Part shown: positions 1-9,572 of the stretch, piece after piece
Numbering within the stretch: the first letter of the stretch is position 1
Layout: every line of letters begins with the position of its first letter
Source of the DNA: an uncultured Candidatus Saccharibacteria bacterium
Lineage (GTDB): Bacteria > Patescibacteriota > Saccharimonadia > Saccharimonadales > Saccharimonadaceae
Direction of reading: 5' to 3'
Assembly (NCBI GenBank): GCA_964483335.1
Contig: CAZAAA010000002.1
Location: forward strand, 852-64,851
DNA length: 64,000 nt
Translations under genes and position numbers: made by a program
The notes under the pieces: model-generated
The model's input: only the letters and a program-made list of their open reading frames with translations
Told to the model about the DNA's origin: nothing
Databases searched by the model: none

Positions 1-9
1 TATATTATA

Positions 10-555
10 TCAAATTTTCTTAACTTGTAAAGCGTCCAGTTCTACAGGTGTTTCGCGGCCAAACATAGAGACCATGACTTTAAGCTTGCCTTTGACAGAA
101 TCTACCTCAGAAACGGTGCCGTCAAAACCCTTGAATGGGCCGTCTGTGATAGAGACAACTTCGCCAATCTGGTAGTTAATAGAGAATTTAGGATCTTCTA
201 CGCCCATGCGCTTTTTGATTTTAGTAATTTCTTTCTCGGAAACAGGGGTAGGCTGAGTACCGGTACCAATAAAGCCAGTGACGCCAGGAGTATTACGGAT
301 AATATACCAGGTTTCATCAGAGAGCTTCATTTCTACTAGCACGTAGCCCTGGAAAATCTTGCGGTCTACGACTTTGCGTTTGCCATTTTTGATTTCGATT
401 TGTTTTTCTTTGGGGACGATAGCGTCAAAAATCTTCCCAGAAAATTCGGCGCCACCGACGCGAGCTTTGATACTATCTGCAACTTTGTCTTCGTAGCCGG
501 AATAGGTACTGATAGCGTACCATGCGCGGGTGTCATCATAACGGTTTACTGCCAT
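10..555 (-). CDS. nusG: Transcription termination/antitermination factor NusG
   Basis: NGN domain (WYAISTYSGYE, FQGYVLVEM, PGVTGF) plus C-terminal KOW (DGPFKGFDG, VSMFGRETPVEL); follows secE. Confidence 0.97.
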   Translation of the reverse strand: MAVNRYDDTRAWYAISTYSGYEDKVADSIKARVGGAEFSGKIFDAIVPKEKQIEIKNGKRKVVDRKIFQGYVLVEMKLSDETWYIIRNTPGVTGFIGTGTQPTPVSEKEITKIKKRMGVEDPKFSINYQIGEVVSITDGPFKGFDGTVSEVDSVKGKLKVMVSMFGRETPVELDALQVKKI

Positions 556-563
556 AAAACTCC

Positions 564-908
564 TTACTGTCCTAAGACGTTGTTAAAAATTAATGTAAAT
601 AGTGCATCTATTAGCACAATAAAGCCAATAAAGATGGCGGTGTAGACTAGAACGGCTAACACCATAGCCCAAGTGGACTTGCGGGACGGCCAGCGCACCT
701 GACGTAATTCCAGCCAAGAACTGTGAATATAGCGAAAAGGTGCGGTGATAACCCGGCGGAATTTGCCCATGGGTTTTTTAGGTTGTTTTGGCTGCTTAGC
801 CGGTTTTGGCTGAGCTACTTTTTCCGGCTTTTTGGGCTTTTCTAGCTTTTCTGGCTTAGGTTTAGCCTGATGCGGATCGGTAGCTTTGATGCGCGTGATT
901 TTAGCCAT
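564..908 (-). CDS. secE: Preprotein translocase subunit SecE with Lys/Pro-rich N-terminal extension
   Basis: ELRQVRWPSRK motif followed by one TM helix; directly upstream of nusG. Confidence 0.93.
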   Translation of the reverse strand: MAKITRIKATDPHQAKPKPEKLEKPKKPEKVAQPKPAKQPKQPKKPMGKFRRVITAPFRYIHSSWLELRQVRWPSRKSTWAMVLAVLVYTAIFIGFIVLIDALFTLIFNNVLGQ

Positions 909-995
909 AATTTCCTCTCTATTAAAAAATGGTCTCTCGACCTTATGTCAAGTATACCGCATAGTAGCTACGCTGTCAAGCGATACTTGTACGCG

Positions 996-2807
996 CTATT
1001 TAAACAGAAAATTCAAGTAGTCTTTCATCATGCGAGTGCCAGAGATGACTGGGAGATAAGCAGAAAGTTCAGTTTTAATCCAAAGTTCCAGGTCAAAATC
1101 AGAGCCCCAGATGCGAGCAGCCTCATCAATGCGCTGATAAAGGCTTTCGATTTCGGCGGCCTCAGAGTCGCCAGAAACACAGAGGTAGCTATCTGACGGA
1201 GCGTCAGCTACACCGCCGTCGTGAGTGGAAATAAGTAGACCTAGATTAACCACATCTTTCATCCAAGAAGTACCGCAGGCCTCCAGGCCTACAATAGGAG
1301 TGTTAATAGAAGCATTGGAGCCTAGGCTAAGTGCGCGGCCCAGTTCCTCGTCGTAATCTGGCAAATAGTGTACTCGACGGCGCAATACAGGATGCTTATC
1401 TACCATTTCTAGTAGCTCGCGCAGACGAGCTTCCATTCTAGTATCGCCTTCATGGACACGACCGGCCAAGAAATAATGAATATTATGCTGCTCTAAAAGA
1501 TGCGCTAGGCGCTCCGGGCTAGCAAAGGGCAGCCAGGGGCGCTTATAATCAACAAAGCGACGCTTAAAATCAAAGACCAGGGCGTCATCTTCTATGACTG
1601 GATGATTGCCGTATTGGTCGGTGCGGTGTTGCAGGACTTGATTCAGAGTGACACGGCCCTCGGCCTTGAGTTTACGGATATCGGTAGCAGTGATTTGGTC
1701 AACAGCGTCAATATAGTTCTCTGTGGGGAGATAGAATTTATCTAGAATCTGCTTGTCCATGAGGTATTTTACAATGGCAGGGTGAGTCCAGGTAGGAATA
1801 TCAATACCATTGGTAACGGCCCTAAATTTAACCTTATTTCCAGCCAAATCATGATAGTTAGCTACGCGAGCATGAAGCTTAGACACACCAGAACGCAGTT
1901 CGGCAATCTCTATTGTAACGGTAGAGAGACGAATGCGACCATGCTCAAATTTGTCACTAAGCCACTTTTTAACGGCAGGAGACTTAAGGTTAGGAAAAAC
2001 GTAGCGTTCAAACTGATCATAGCCAAAATCAGCTTCGGCAGCCTGGACGAGAGTGTGGTTGGTGTAGAGAGTGTGCTTTCTGGTATAAACGACTGCTTCA
2101 TAAAAATCCATACCATTAGAAGCTAGCTCGTCTAAACGGGCCAGAGCGGCAAAGAAAGTAGCAACTTCGTTTAGCTGCATTATAGCAGGTTTTAGCCCAG
2201 CCAGCTTCAAAGCTTGATAGCCACCAAAGCCTAAAGCAACTTCCTGATAGAGACGGTGGTCGCCACCGGAATCGCCAGAGTAGAGCTCGCCAAAATTTGG
2301 CTCAGTGATGCAGATAATGCGAGTGCTGCCCATAATCTTTTCAATTACATCAAGAGAGCAAATCTGGCCGTTGGCCTTGATATTAACTGTATCCAAAAAA
2401 GTAAAGCCATACTGAGCGTAGTTGACTGCCTCGTGGTAAGCACCATTCTGGAAATTCTCGTAAGTTTGATGCGGCTCCGAGGGATAGAAAGGCGTAATGA
2501 GAGTAAATGGCACAGAGAGTTTTTCCGCCACTCTTCTAGTATCTGCGGCCAAGACGCCCAATCCACCGCCGCCGCGAATACCGTTTTGCTTGTCGTATAA
2601 TTCAATAGTCCAATAAGTGTAGGGGCGCTCCGGGCTAAGAGCCTTGGTAAGATGCTGACGGTTAATGGCAGCATAAAACTCTTCCACATCTTCTATATTT
2701 TCCAAGCGATGATGAATGGCCTGGCTAGTACTCTGGCCAAGATCCTTGAAATTGTCGCCGGTTTTTTTGATGCCCACCGGGATTTTTCTGCCCACTGCTT
2801 TTTCCAT
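996..2807 (-). CDS. glgP: Alpha-glucan/glycogen phosphorylase
   Basis: GGLGVLAAD, HTLVQAAEA, RRFVDYKR and PLP-lysine motif EACGTSWMK. Confidence 0.88.
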   Translation of the reverse strand: MEKAVGRKIPVGIKKTGDNFKDLGQSTSQAIHHRLENIEDVEEFYAAINRQHLTKALSPERPYTYWTIELYDKQNGIRGGGGLGVLAADTRRVAEKLSVPFTLITPFYPSEPHQTYENFQNGAYHEAVNYAQYGFTFLDTVNIKANGQICSLDVIEKIMGSTRIICITEPNFGELYSGDSGGDHRLYQEVALGFGGYQALKLAGLKPAIMQLNEVATFFAALARLDELASNGMDFYEAVVYTRKHTLYTNHTLVQAAEADFGYDQFERYVFPNLKSPAVKKWLSDKFEHGRIRLSTVTIEIAELRSGVSKLHARVANYHDLAGNKVKFRAVTNGIDIPTWTHPAIVKYLMDKQILDKFYLPTENYIDAVDQITATDIRKLKAEGRVTLNQVLQHRTDQYGNHPVIEDDALVFDFKRRFVDYKRPWLPFASPERLAHLLEQHNIHYFLAGRVHEGDTRMEARLRELLEMVDKHPVLRRRVHYLPDYDEELGRALSLGSNASINTPIVGLEACGTSWMKDVVNLGLLISTHDGGVADAPSDSYLCVSGDSEAAEIESLYQRIDEAARIWGSDFDLELWIKTELSAYLPVISGTRMMKDYLNFLFK

Positions 2808-2820
2808 AAGTACTATTATA

Positions 2821-3363
2821 CTATAGTTTCATAATTTCCGCTTCTTTTTCCTTGAAGGCGGCGTCAATTTTATCGGTATATTCGCGAGTTAAATCATCTA
2901 TTTCCTTTTCGGCGCGTTTCCTGGCGTCCTCGGGGAGCTCAGCGGCCTTGATATCTTTTCTGGCATCGTCGCGCACGCCACGGATGGCGACTTTGGCATC
3001 TTCTACTTTGCTACTAGCGGTTTTGACAATTTCTTTGCGACGCTCCTCTGTAAGTGGCGGCACTGGCACGCGAACGACGTGGCCGTCATCAGAAGGGTTA
3101 AGCCCGAGTGACTGGTCTGCGCGAATAGCGGCGGTAATACCAGGAATAGTGGTAGTATCATAAGGAGTAACAACTAGCATTGTGGCGTCGCCAACGGTAA
3201 TATTGGCAATTTGATTAAGCGGCATCCACTGGCCATAGGCCTCGGCTTTGATGCCGTCTAGCATATCGGGGTGCGCCCGACCGGTGCGAACTTTTTTCAT
3301 TTCGCCCATGAAACGTTCAAGGATGGCTTCCATTTGCTGTTTTTCTTCTTTTGTATCGAACAT
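2821..3363 (-). CDS. frr: Ribosome recycling factor
   Basis: VRTGRAHP, LNPSDDG, PPLTEERRKE, KVAIRGVR motifs; AAGGAG RBS. Confidence 0.97.
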   Translation of the reverse strand: MFDTKEEKQQMEAILERFMGEMKKVRTGRAHPDMLDGIKAEAYGQWMPLNQIANITVGDATMLVVTPYDTTTIPGITAAIRADQSLGLNPSDDGHVVRVPVPPLTEERRKEIVKTASSKVEDAKVAIRGVRDDARKDIKAAELPEDARKRAEKEIDDLTREYTDKIDAAFKEKEAEIMKL

Positions 3364-3432
3364 AAGAGACTCCTTTTATCTTATCTTTATTATACACAAT
3401 TTCTGGATTTTATGATATAATGAAAATAGCGT

Positions 3433-3507
3433 TGGGGATTCGCCAAGTGGTAAGGCACTGGGTTCTGGTCCCAGCATTCGGGGGTTCGAATCCCTCATCC
3501 CCAGCCA
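3433..3507 (+). tRNA. trnQ: tRNA-Gln(CTG), CCA encoded
   Basis: Cloverleaf: TGGGGAT/ATCCCCA acceptor stem, CTGGG-TTCTGGT-CCCAG anticodon arm, GGTTCGAATCC T-arm. Confidence 0.97.
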
Positions 3508-3547
3508 ATATATTTGACTAGATGTCAAATATATTTTTTATTATAGA

Positions 3548-4204
3548 TTAATCATAGATACTGTCTTCTACTTTAGCGTGACCGAGCTTATTAGCGGCCT
3601 TGATGACTACTTCTATGTCATCTGTCACAGTGTAAAATTCCGTATCGGCTTGATCGATATAGCCGCCGCCGAGAAGTTGGCCGTTGATGAAGCGATCCAT
3701 GGGCTTCCAGAAACTTTTACCAATCAGGATGACGGGTTGCATTGGCATTTTTTTGGTTTGCATTAGGCAAATTAGCTCCGACATTTCGTCCAAAGTGCCA
3801 AAACCACCAGGAAAACCAACATAAACTTTAGAAGCCATCGTAAGCATAACCTTGCGCGCAAAGAAATAATGAAAATTGAGTTCGTCAGTAAGATAAGGAT
3901 TAGGCTGTTGCTCGTACGGGAGAACTATATTCAGACCAACACTACGGCCGCCATATTCAAAAGCGCCGCGATTAGCCGCTTCCATGATACCTGGGCCACC
4001 ACCGGTAATAACGGTGTGTCCGTTCTGGGCGAGTAAGGCGCCAAGCTCGCGAGCCTTTTTGTAGAATTTATCTTTTTCTGATACTCTGGCAGAGCCGAAG
4101 ATAGTCACACCTTGTGAAAAAGTACGAAGCTTTTTTAGGCCTTGTTCCAGATCTTTTTTATAGGCTTCAGCACGTTCAGCGTCGACATCCAGCAGTTTAT
4201 CCAT
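3548..4204 (-). CDS. LOG family (TIGR00730) Rossmann-fold nucleotide-binding protein
   Basis: VTIFGSAR, TGGGPGIMEAANRGA, PGGFGTLDE motifs; start placed at 4204, 7 nt after a TATAAT box. Confidence 0.92.
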   Translation of the reverse strand: MDKLLDVDAERAEAYKKDLEQGLKKLRTFSQGVTIFGSARVSEKDKFYKKARELGALLAQNGHTVITGGGPGIMEAANRGAFEYGGRSVGLNIVLPYEQQPNPYLTDELNFHYFFARKVMLTMASKVYVGFPGGFGTLDEMSELICLMQTKKMPMQPVILIGKSFWKPMDRFINGQLLGGGYIDQADTEFYTVTDDIEVVIKAANKLGHAKVEDSIYD

Positions 4205-4224
4205 AAGCATTATTATAGCATAAA

Positions 4225-5190
4225 TTAAATACGTTGGATAGGCATGGGGTGCAATTCTTCCTGGCCGGTGAGGATACCAGCTTTAGCGCCAAGATGGTGT
4301 ACAACAGAAGTAGAATTAGCCGAGCCAAAGACTAATGATTCTTCAAAGCTACGCCCGGCAGCATAATGAGCCAAAAAACCAGAGCCAAAGGAATCGCCCG
4401 CACCGGTGGTATCTTTTACTTTGACGTCTTCATAAATGCCAAAACGATAGATTTCCTGCCCATCTGTAGCGATGCCGCCCATAGAGCCATCCGTAATAAT
4501 AACTGTTTTGACATAACTAGTGAGATGCGGGAGTAATTCCTGCAAAATAGTACCAGGAACCAAGCTCATAGCCTCGGTTTTGTTAAGTAGTAAGACGTCT
4601 ACGTCAGAAAGCAAACCCAAGAGTTTTTGACAATCTCTAAGTTCCAAAACACCAGGATTGAACATGATTTTAGCTTTCTGGTCGTGAGCCTTTTCAAAAA
4701 AACGTAGCAAAGTTAGCATATCTCCCCTGAGACTTGTCACATAGAGCCAGTCGGGCTGGATATCATCTAATACGCTGTCGTCTAAGTTGTCAAATCGAGC
4801 GGAAGCGCCACGATGAGTCAGAATAGTACGTTCGCCAGATTTAGCATCCAAAAGCACCACCGAACAGCCAGTTTTGACACGTGGGATAGTCTTAATAAAA
4901 CTGGTATCAACATTTTCCTGATCTAATTTGCTGAGAATAGCCTCGCCAGCCGGATCATGACCGATATTACCGAGAAAAACAGCGTCGTGGCCATGCCGAG
5001 CAAAACTAACCGCCGCATTAGTACCGCCACCGCCAACTTCGTAGGAAATCTTGTCAATATCTACCTTTGTACCGATGATGATATCACCAAAAATCGATTC
5101 GGTTTCGGAGATTTGCTCCGCGGTGAAATCGTCGCGATCAATCAGATAGATATCTTGCAGAGCCGAGCCAAGACTAACAATTTTGCTCAT
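4225..5190 (-). CDS. PfkB family carbohydrate kinase
   Basis: GGGGTNAAVSFARHG and DTTGAGDSFGSG signature motifs. Confidence 0.93.
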   Translation of the reverse strand: MSKIVSLGSALQDIYLIDRDDFTAEQISETESIFGDIIIGTKVDIDKISYEVGGGGTNAAVSFARHGHDAVFLGNIGHDPAGEAILSKLDQENVDTSFIKTIPRVKTGCSVVLLDAKSGERTILTHRGASARFDNLDDSVLDDIQPDWLYVTSLRGDMLTLLRFFEKAHDQKAKIMFNPGVLELRDCQKLLGLLSDVDVLLLNKTEAMSLVPGTILQELLPHLTSYVKTVIITDGSMGGIATDGQEIYRFGIYEDVKVKDTTGAGDSFGSGFLAHYAAGRSFEESLVFGSANSTSVVHHLGAKAGILTGQEELHPMPIQRI

Positions 5191-5837
5191 GCTAGGCGCA
5201 CTCCTCTCTGGTCTGCTTCCTGAACAAGTTGCTGATAGGCTGCGGCCGGATCCTGGGCCTGGCTAATAGCCGAGCCAACATTAATTACATCTATATCCGA
5301 ATGAGCGATGGCACGAATATTGCTCATGTTAGCCCCACCATCCCAACCAATTTCGACGTCCTGTTTAATAGCACGGACAAGTTTAACCTTTTCTATCTGT
5401 AACAAATCGGCCGTACCGCCCTGCTTCCCTAGCGCTCCAGCAAAGAGCAGGACGTAATCAGCGGCGTCAATATAGGGTTTGACGTTGCCAGGATAGGTGG
5501 TTTTTAGTAGAGCTACACCACATTTAATCCCCTGCGCCTTGAGTTGCTGAAAAACTGGCAATAAATTCTCTCCAGACTCGGCGTGAAGAATAACTAGCGA
5601 AGGTTTAAGCTGAAAAATACGCGGAAGATGCTCAGAGGGTTTTAAGACCATCATATGTAAGTCCATTTCTGTACCTTCCGGGAAAGCAAGCTGTTCTACA
5701 GGGACAGTAGCAGTACCGGTAAAAGTGCCATCCATGACATCTATCTGGAGACGATGGCTAAATTTAGAATAGGCCAGGGCCTGCGCCTTGTAAGTGTTTA
5801 AATCTCCGGTCAAGATAGTGGGGACAATACTAGCCAT
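5187..5837 (-). CDS. rpe: Ribulose-phosphate 3-epimerase
   Basis: LQIDVMDG, MDLHMMV, WDGGAN motifs; in pentose-phosphate operon. Confidence 0.9.
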   Translation of the reverse strand: MASIVPTILTGDLNTYKAQALAYSKFSHRLQIDVMDGTFTGTATVPVEQLAFPEGTEMDLHMMVLKPSEHLPRIFQLKPSLVILHAESGENLLPVFQQLKAQGIKCGVALLKTTYPGNVKPYIDAADYVLLFAGALGKQGGTADLLQIEKVKLVRAIKQDVEIGWDGGANMSNIRAIAHSDIDVINVGSAISQAQDPAAAYQQLVQEADQRGVRLA

Positions 5838-6294
5838 AGATATTCTCCTCGTCTAAGCGGCGATTTCTTCTAATATAACGCTCCTCTGGAATGAATTCGG
5901 CAGTAACAAACATAGAAATAGCCCGCTTCATAGCCTCCTCGTCCATAAAATCAGCGGAAAGGCAAAGTACATTAGCGTCCTCGTGCATCCGGCCAATTTT
6001 GACCAGTTCCGGAGTATAGCCACAAATAGCGCGAATACCCCTGAAACGATTAGCTTGCATAGCAATACCATGGGCCGAGCCGCAAATTAAGATGCCTCTA
6101 GAATCTGGATTTTCCCGGACAGCACGAGCTACGGCAATGGCACTATCATTAAAATCGTCATCGGGTTTGAGGTTGGGCGGGCCAAGGTCTACTATTTCAT
6201 AAGTTTTACTGATTTCGGCTTGCTTCAAAAGGCTAACCAGACGCTGTTTTTCTGGAAAACCCCGATGGTCGGCGCTGATGAAGAGCCGCGGCAC
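5830..6294 (-). CDS. rpiB: Ribose-5-phosphate isomerase B (RpiB/LacA/LacB family)
   Basis: SADHRG, GILICGSAHGIAMQANRFRGIRA, HEDANVLCL motifs. Confidence 0.93.
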   Translation of the reverse strand: MPRLFISADHRGFPEKQRLVSLLKQAEISKTYEIVDLGPPNLKPDDDFNDSAIAVARAVRENPDSRGILICGSAHGIAMQANRFRGIRAICGYTPELVKIGRMHEDANVLCLSADFMDEEAMKRAISMFVTAEFIPEERYIRRNRRLDEENIYG

Positions 6295-6296
6295 GG

Positions 6297-7301
6297 TTAG
6301 ACTTCCTTACCAAAATCGGCAGTTAGCTCTACTAGGCGGTTAGAGTAGCCCCATTCGTTGTCATACCAAGCAACGATTTTGACAAGATTGCCACCCACGA
6401 CATCAGTTAGCGGGAGATCAATAACGCAGGAGTGGGAGTTGCCGCGAAAATCAATAGAGACGAGCTCGTCATGCGTGACGTCTAAGATGCCGGTGTAATA
6501 GGGCTCGGCGGCAGCCTTTTCAAAGACTTCGTTTAGTTCCTCTTTGGTAACGTCGCGTTTTAAAACGGCGGTAATATCACTAAGAGAGACAACAGGGGTA
6601 GGGACACGGATAGAAAGACCATTGAATTTACCCTTTAGCTCCGGGATGGTGAGGGCGGCAGCTTTGGACGCGCCAGTGGTAGTAGGGACGATATTTTCAG
6701 CGGCAGCGCGAGCCTCTCTTAAATCTTTAGCCGGGGCGTCTTGGAGACGCTGAGAAGCGGTGTAGGAGTGAACGGTGGTCATCATGGCCTTTTCAATGCC
6801 AAAATTCTTTTCCAAGATGCTCATGACTGGAGCGATACAGTTGGTAGTACAGGAAGCGTTGGAGATAATTTCGTCGTCTGCATTAACGACTTCTTCGTTG
6901 ACACCGAGAACAACGGTTTTGACATTATCACCCTTAACTGGAGCGGAGAGGACGACTTTCTTAGCACCAGCAGTAAGGTGCGCGCGAGCTTCCTCTTCTT
7001 TGGTGAAGCGACCAGTAGATTCTATCACTACGTCCACGCCTAGCTCACCCCAAGGAAGATTTTCCGGCTCGGGGATGCTAAGAACCTTGACCTTGGTACC
7101 GTCAATAATGAGATTTTCTTCGTCATATTCTACGGTACGGTCATAAGTGCCATAAGAACTGTCGTATTTTAGGAGATGAGCAAGGGTTTTGGTATCGGTA
7201 ATATCATTGACCGCGACCACTTCTACGTCCTTACGCTCAAAAGCGATTTTAAAAGCGTTCCGACCGATGCGGCCAAAACCATTGATTGCTATTTTTACCA
7301 T
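6297..7301 (-). CDS. gap: Type I glyceraldehyde-3-phosphate dehydrogenase
   Basis: INGFGRIGR, active site ASCTTNC, WYDNEWGYS; GGAGG RBS before ATG at 7301. Confidence 0.98.
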   Translation of the reverse strand: MVKIAINGFGRIGRNAFKIAFERKDVEVVAVNDITDTKTLAHLLKYDSSYGTYDRTVEYDEENLIIDGTKVKVLSIPEPENLPWGELGVDVVIESTGRFTKEEEARAHLTAGAKKVVLSAPVKGDNVKTVVLGVNEEVVNADDEIISNASCTTNCIAPVMSILEKNFGIEKAMMTTVHSYTASQRLQDAPAKDLREARAAAENIVPTTTGASKAAALTIPELKGKFNGLSIRVPTPVVSLSDITAVLKRDVTKEELNEVFEKAAAEPYYTGILDVTHDELVSIDFRGNSHSCVIDLPLTDVVGGNLVKIVAWYDNEWGYSNRLVELTADFGKEV

Positions 7302-7441
7302 TTTGCCTCCTAAAATATACTTACGCTTATTATATACTCTCTTGACATTTTTTGCAACTTGTGCTATAATCAAAAGATAAGGCGGTTTTTGGTGCCTTAG
7401 TAACTTATTATTTCATCTCTATCTGCAAAGGGGGTAAGTTT

Positions 7442-8155
7442 ATGCAGAATTATTTTGTACTACGGGAAAAGTTGATTAGTTTTGTCAGAAAAACTCTGAA
7501 GCTAAAGAAGGCAGACGGGTTTGAGACTGGGGTGGTGTATCTGGCGGAACTGCTCACGATTATGGTAGAACATGATTTCGTAGAGACGGCGCTGGATGCA
7601 AAGCTGATTGTTTCCTGCCATCTGGACGGAAGCTGGTCAGAAGTAAACCGGGAGATACGGAAGGCAGTAAATTTCGCTTGGAAAAATGGCCGCGTGCCGC
7701 TGTTTTCTAATCTGTACAGTATGCCTAGCACGAGCGAAACCCTGTGTATACTGGCGGCGGAAATGGTAACAAAGCCGGACTTGCTCCGGAAGAATGGTTT
7801 TACCATGGAGTCAGCTAGCGAGAGAACGGCGAGGACACGGATTATTGATTATCTGCATCCGGAAACCGTGCGAACGCCGAAGCTACTGGCGGCATATATC
7901 TTTATGATTAACTCCTGCGAAAAGAAGCTTTCCTGGAGAGGGTACGGCAATTTTTATACTGATGACATCAAGGAGTCGGTTAGCCCGCGCGTAACCAGGA
8001 AGAACGTAGAAAGCCTGTTTAATGCGCAGATGGACTGGTGGGAGATAGAAGACGGAGAAATGTTTGGGCAGGAACTGCCTAGCCCGACGCCGTCGGAGAT
8101 TTACTACCATATCCAAAACTGCATGGCGATTGACTACAAAAAGAGAAAGAGATGA
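7442..8155 (+). CDS. Hypothetical protein with Spo0A C-terminal (effector)-like domain, possibly duplicated
   Basis: GVVYLAELL...SEVNREIRKAVNFAWKNG...PSTSETL resembles Spo0A_C (GYLYLREAI...SRVERAIRHAIEVAW.RG...PTNSEFI); own promoter and AAAGGGGGT RBS. Confidence 0.55.
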   Translation: MQNYFVLREKLISFVRKTLKLKKADGFETGVVYLAELLTIMVEHDFVETALDAKLIVSCHLDGSWSEVNREIRKAVNFAWKNGRVPLFSNLYSMPSTSETLCILAAEMVTKPDLLRKNGFTMESASERTARTRIIDYLHPETVRTPKLLAAYIFMINSCEKKLSWRGYGNFYTDDIKESVSPRVTRKNVESLFNAQMDWWEIEDGEMFGQELPSPTPSEIYYHIQNCMAIDYKKRKR

Positions 8156-8191
8156 AAAATACCCCTGAGGCGCTAGCTTCGGGGGTATTTT
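8156..8191. terminator. Bidirectional intrinsic terminator between the Spo0A-like gene and rpsG
   Basis: AAAATACCCCTGAGG-loop-CTTCGGGGGTATTTT hairpin with A/T tracts on both sides. Confidence 0.85.
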
Positions 8192-8220
8192 CTTGCTGTG
8201 TTTTAGATGTTTTAGCTGTT

Positions 8221-8700
8221 TTAGGCGCGGGCAAAGTGCGCAAAGGCGCGGTTGGCCTCGGCCATACGGTGACAATCTTCCTTCTTCTTGAAGGCGGCAC
8301 CCTGTTCGTTGTAAGCGTCAACGATTTCAGCCTCTAGGCGTTTGCTATATGGCATGCCCTTGCGAGCGCGAGCAGCCTGCACTAGCCAGGAAAAGGCAAA
8401 ATGCTGCTGACGATGGCCAGAAATTGGGAACGGGATCTGATAGTTAGCACCACCAACACGACGGGATTTAACTTCAAAATCTGGAGAAACGTTGGCGAGG
8501 GCTTTTTCAAAGACCTCAACTGGATTCTCGCTCTTTAATTTCTTGGCAGCGCCTTCTAGAGCGGCATAGACAGCACGCTCAGCGGCCTGTTTTTTGCCGT
8601 CTAGCATGGATTTATTAATGAGGCGTTGTACTAGGACGGACTGATATTTACGATCCGGAGCACATTTTCTCTGTAAGCTAGTAGTAGTTTTACGTGGCAT
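8221..8700 (-). CDS. rpsG: 30S ribosomal protein S7
   Basis: MLDGKKQAAERAVY, VKSRRVGGANYQIP, HRMAEANRAFAHF. Confidence 0.98.
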   Translation of the reverse strand: MPRKTTTSLQRKCAPDRKYQSVLVQRLINKSMLDGKKQAAERAVYAALEGAAKKLKSENPVEVFEKALANVSPDFEVKSRRVGGANYQIPFPISGHRQQHFAFSWLVQAARARKGMPYSKRLEAEIVDAYNEQGAAFKKKEDCHRMAEANRAFAHFARA

Positions 8701-8702
8701 AA

Positions 8703-9116
8703 TTAGTTACCCTCCTTTTTAGCGCCGTATTTGCTGCGGCCCTGTTTGCGACCATCAACACCCTGGAGATCCAAGGTACCACGGACGATGTGGTAACGTA
8801 CACCCGGGAGATCCGGTACACGACCACCGCGGACGAGCACAACAGCGTGCTCCTGGAGGTTATGTCCTTCCCCGCCAATATAGGCCCAAACTTCCTGGCC
8901 ATTGGTAAGGCGCACACGGGCGACCTTGCGAAGAGCGGAGTTAGGTTTCTTAGGGGTTTTAGTAGTAACCTTGATACAGACACCGCGCTTCAATGGAGCG
9001 GGCTGGTTATAATAACGAGTCTTCAAGGTGTTTACAATAGAACCAAGAGCCGGAGCCTTGGACTTTTTGGAAGCCTTTTTACGAGGTTTCCGAATCAACT
9101 GATTAATAGTTGGCAC
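8703..9116 (-). CDS. rpsL: 30S ribosomal protein S12
   Basis: [33 protein letters not shown]. Confidence 0.99.
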   Translation of the reverse strand: MPTINQLIRKPRKKASKKSKAPALGSIVNTLKTRYYNQPAPLKRGVCIKVTTKTPKKPNSALRKVARVRLTNGQEVWAYIGGEGHNLQEHAVVLVRGGRVPDLPGVRYHIVRGTLDLQGVDGRKQGRSKYGAKKEGN

Positions 9117-9269
9117 TTAAAAATTCCTCTTTAACTTTATTATCTTTTGCCTATTTATTTACAGCAATAATAAATAAGCATGAAACTCTTATTAGCATTA
9201 TAACGCACTTTGGTAAAAAATGCAAGAGAAAATGCCCTCTTTCAAGGGCATTTTTATAGAGATTATTGC

Positions 9270-9524
9270 TTATTTCTTCTTGATTTCTTCGTTGGCAACG
9301 ATGCTGTCAAAGGCAAGTTTGATGATGGCCCAGACGAGCAGGTTTAGAGCAAAAGCGCCACCAGCGACAGCTGGGACAATCAAAACACTAAGACCGAGTG
9401 GCTGGTTCATCAAAGCGAGGATACCAGAGACGAGCAGTGAAATAATAGCAACGGTGCCGTAGGCCCACTGCAATAAAGCCAAGGAGCGACCGGATTTATA
9501 AAAATTGACAAAGTATTGTTTCAT
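9270..9524 (-). CDS. Small two-TM membrane protein
   Basis: Two hydrophobic stretches; TATAAT 6 nt upstream of ATG; terminator downstream. Confidence 0.7.
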   Translation of the reverse strand: MKQYFVNFYKSGRSLALLQWAYGTVAIISLLVSGILALMNQPLGLSVLIVPAVAGGAFALNLLVWAIIKLAFDSIVANEEIKKK

Positions 9525-9572
9525 GCTCCTATTATATCACACTTATGCTTAAAAGTCAAGAGGATTTATTGG

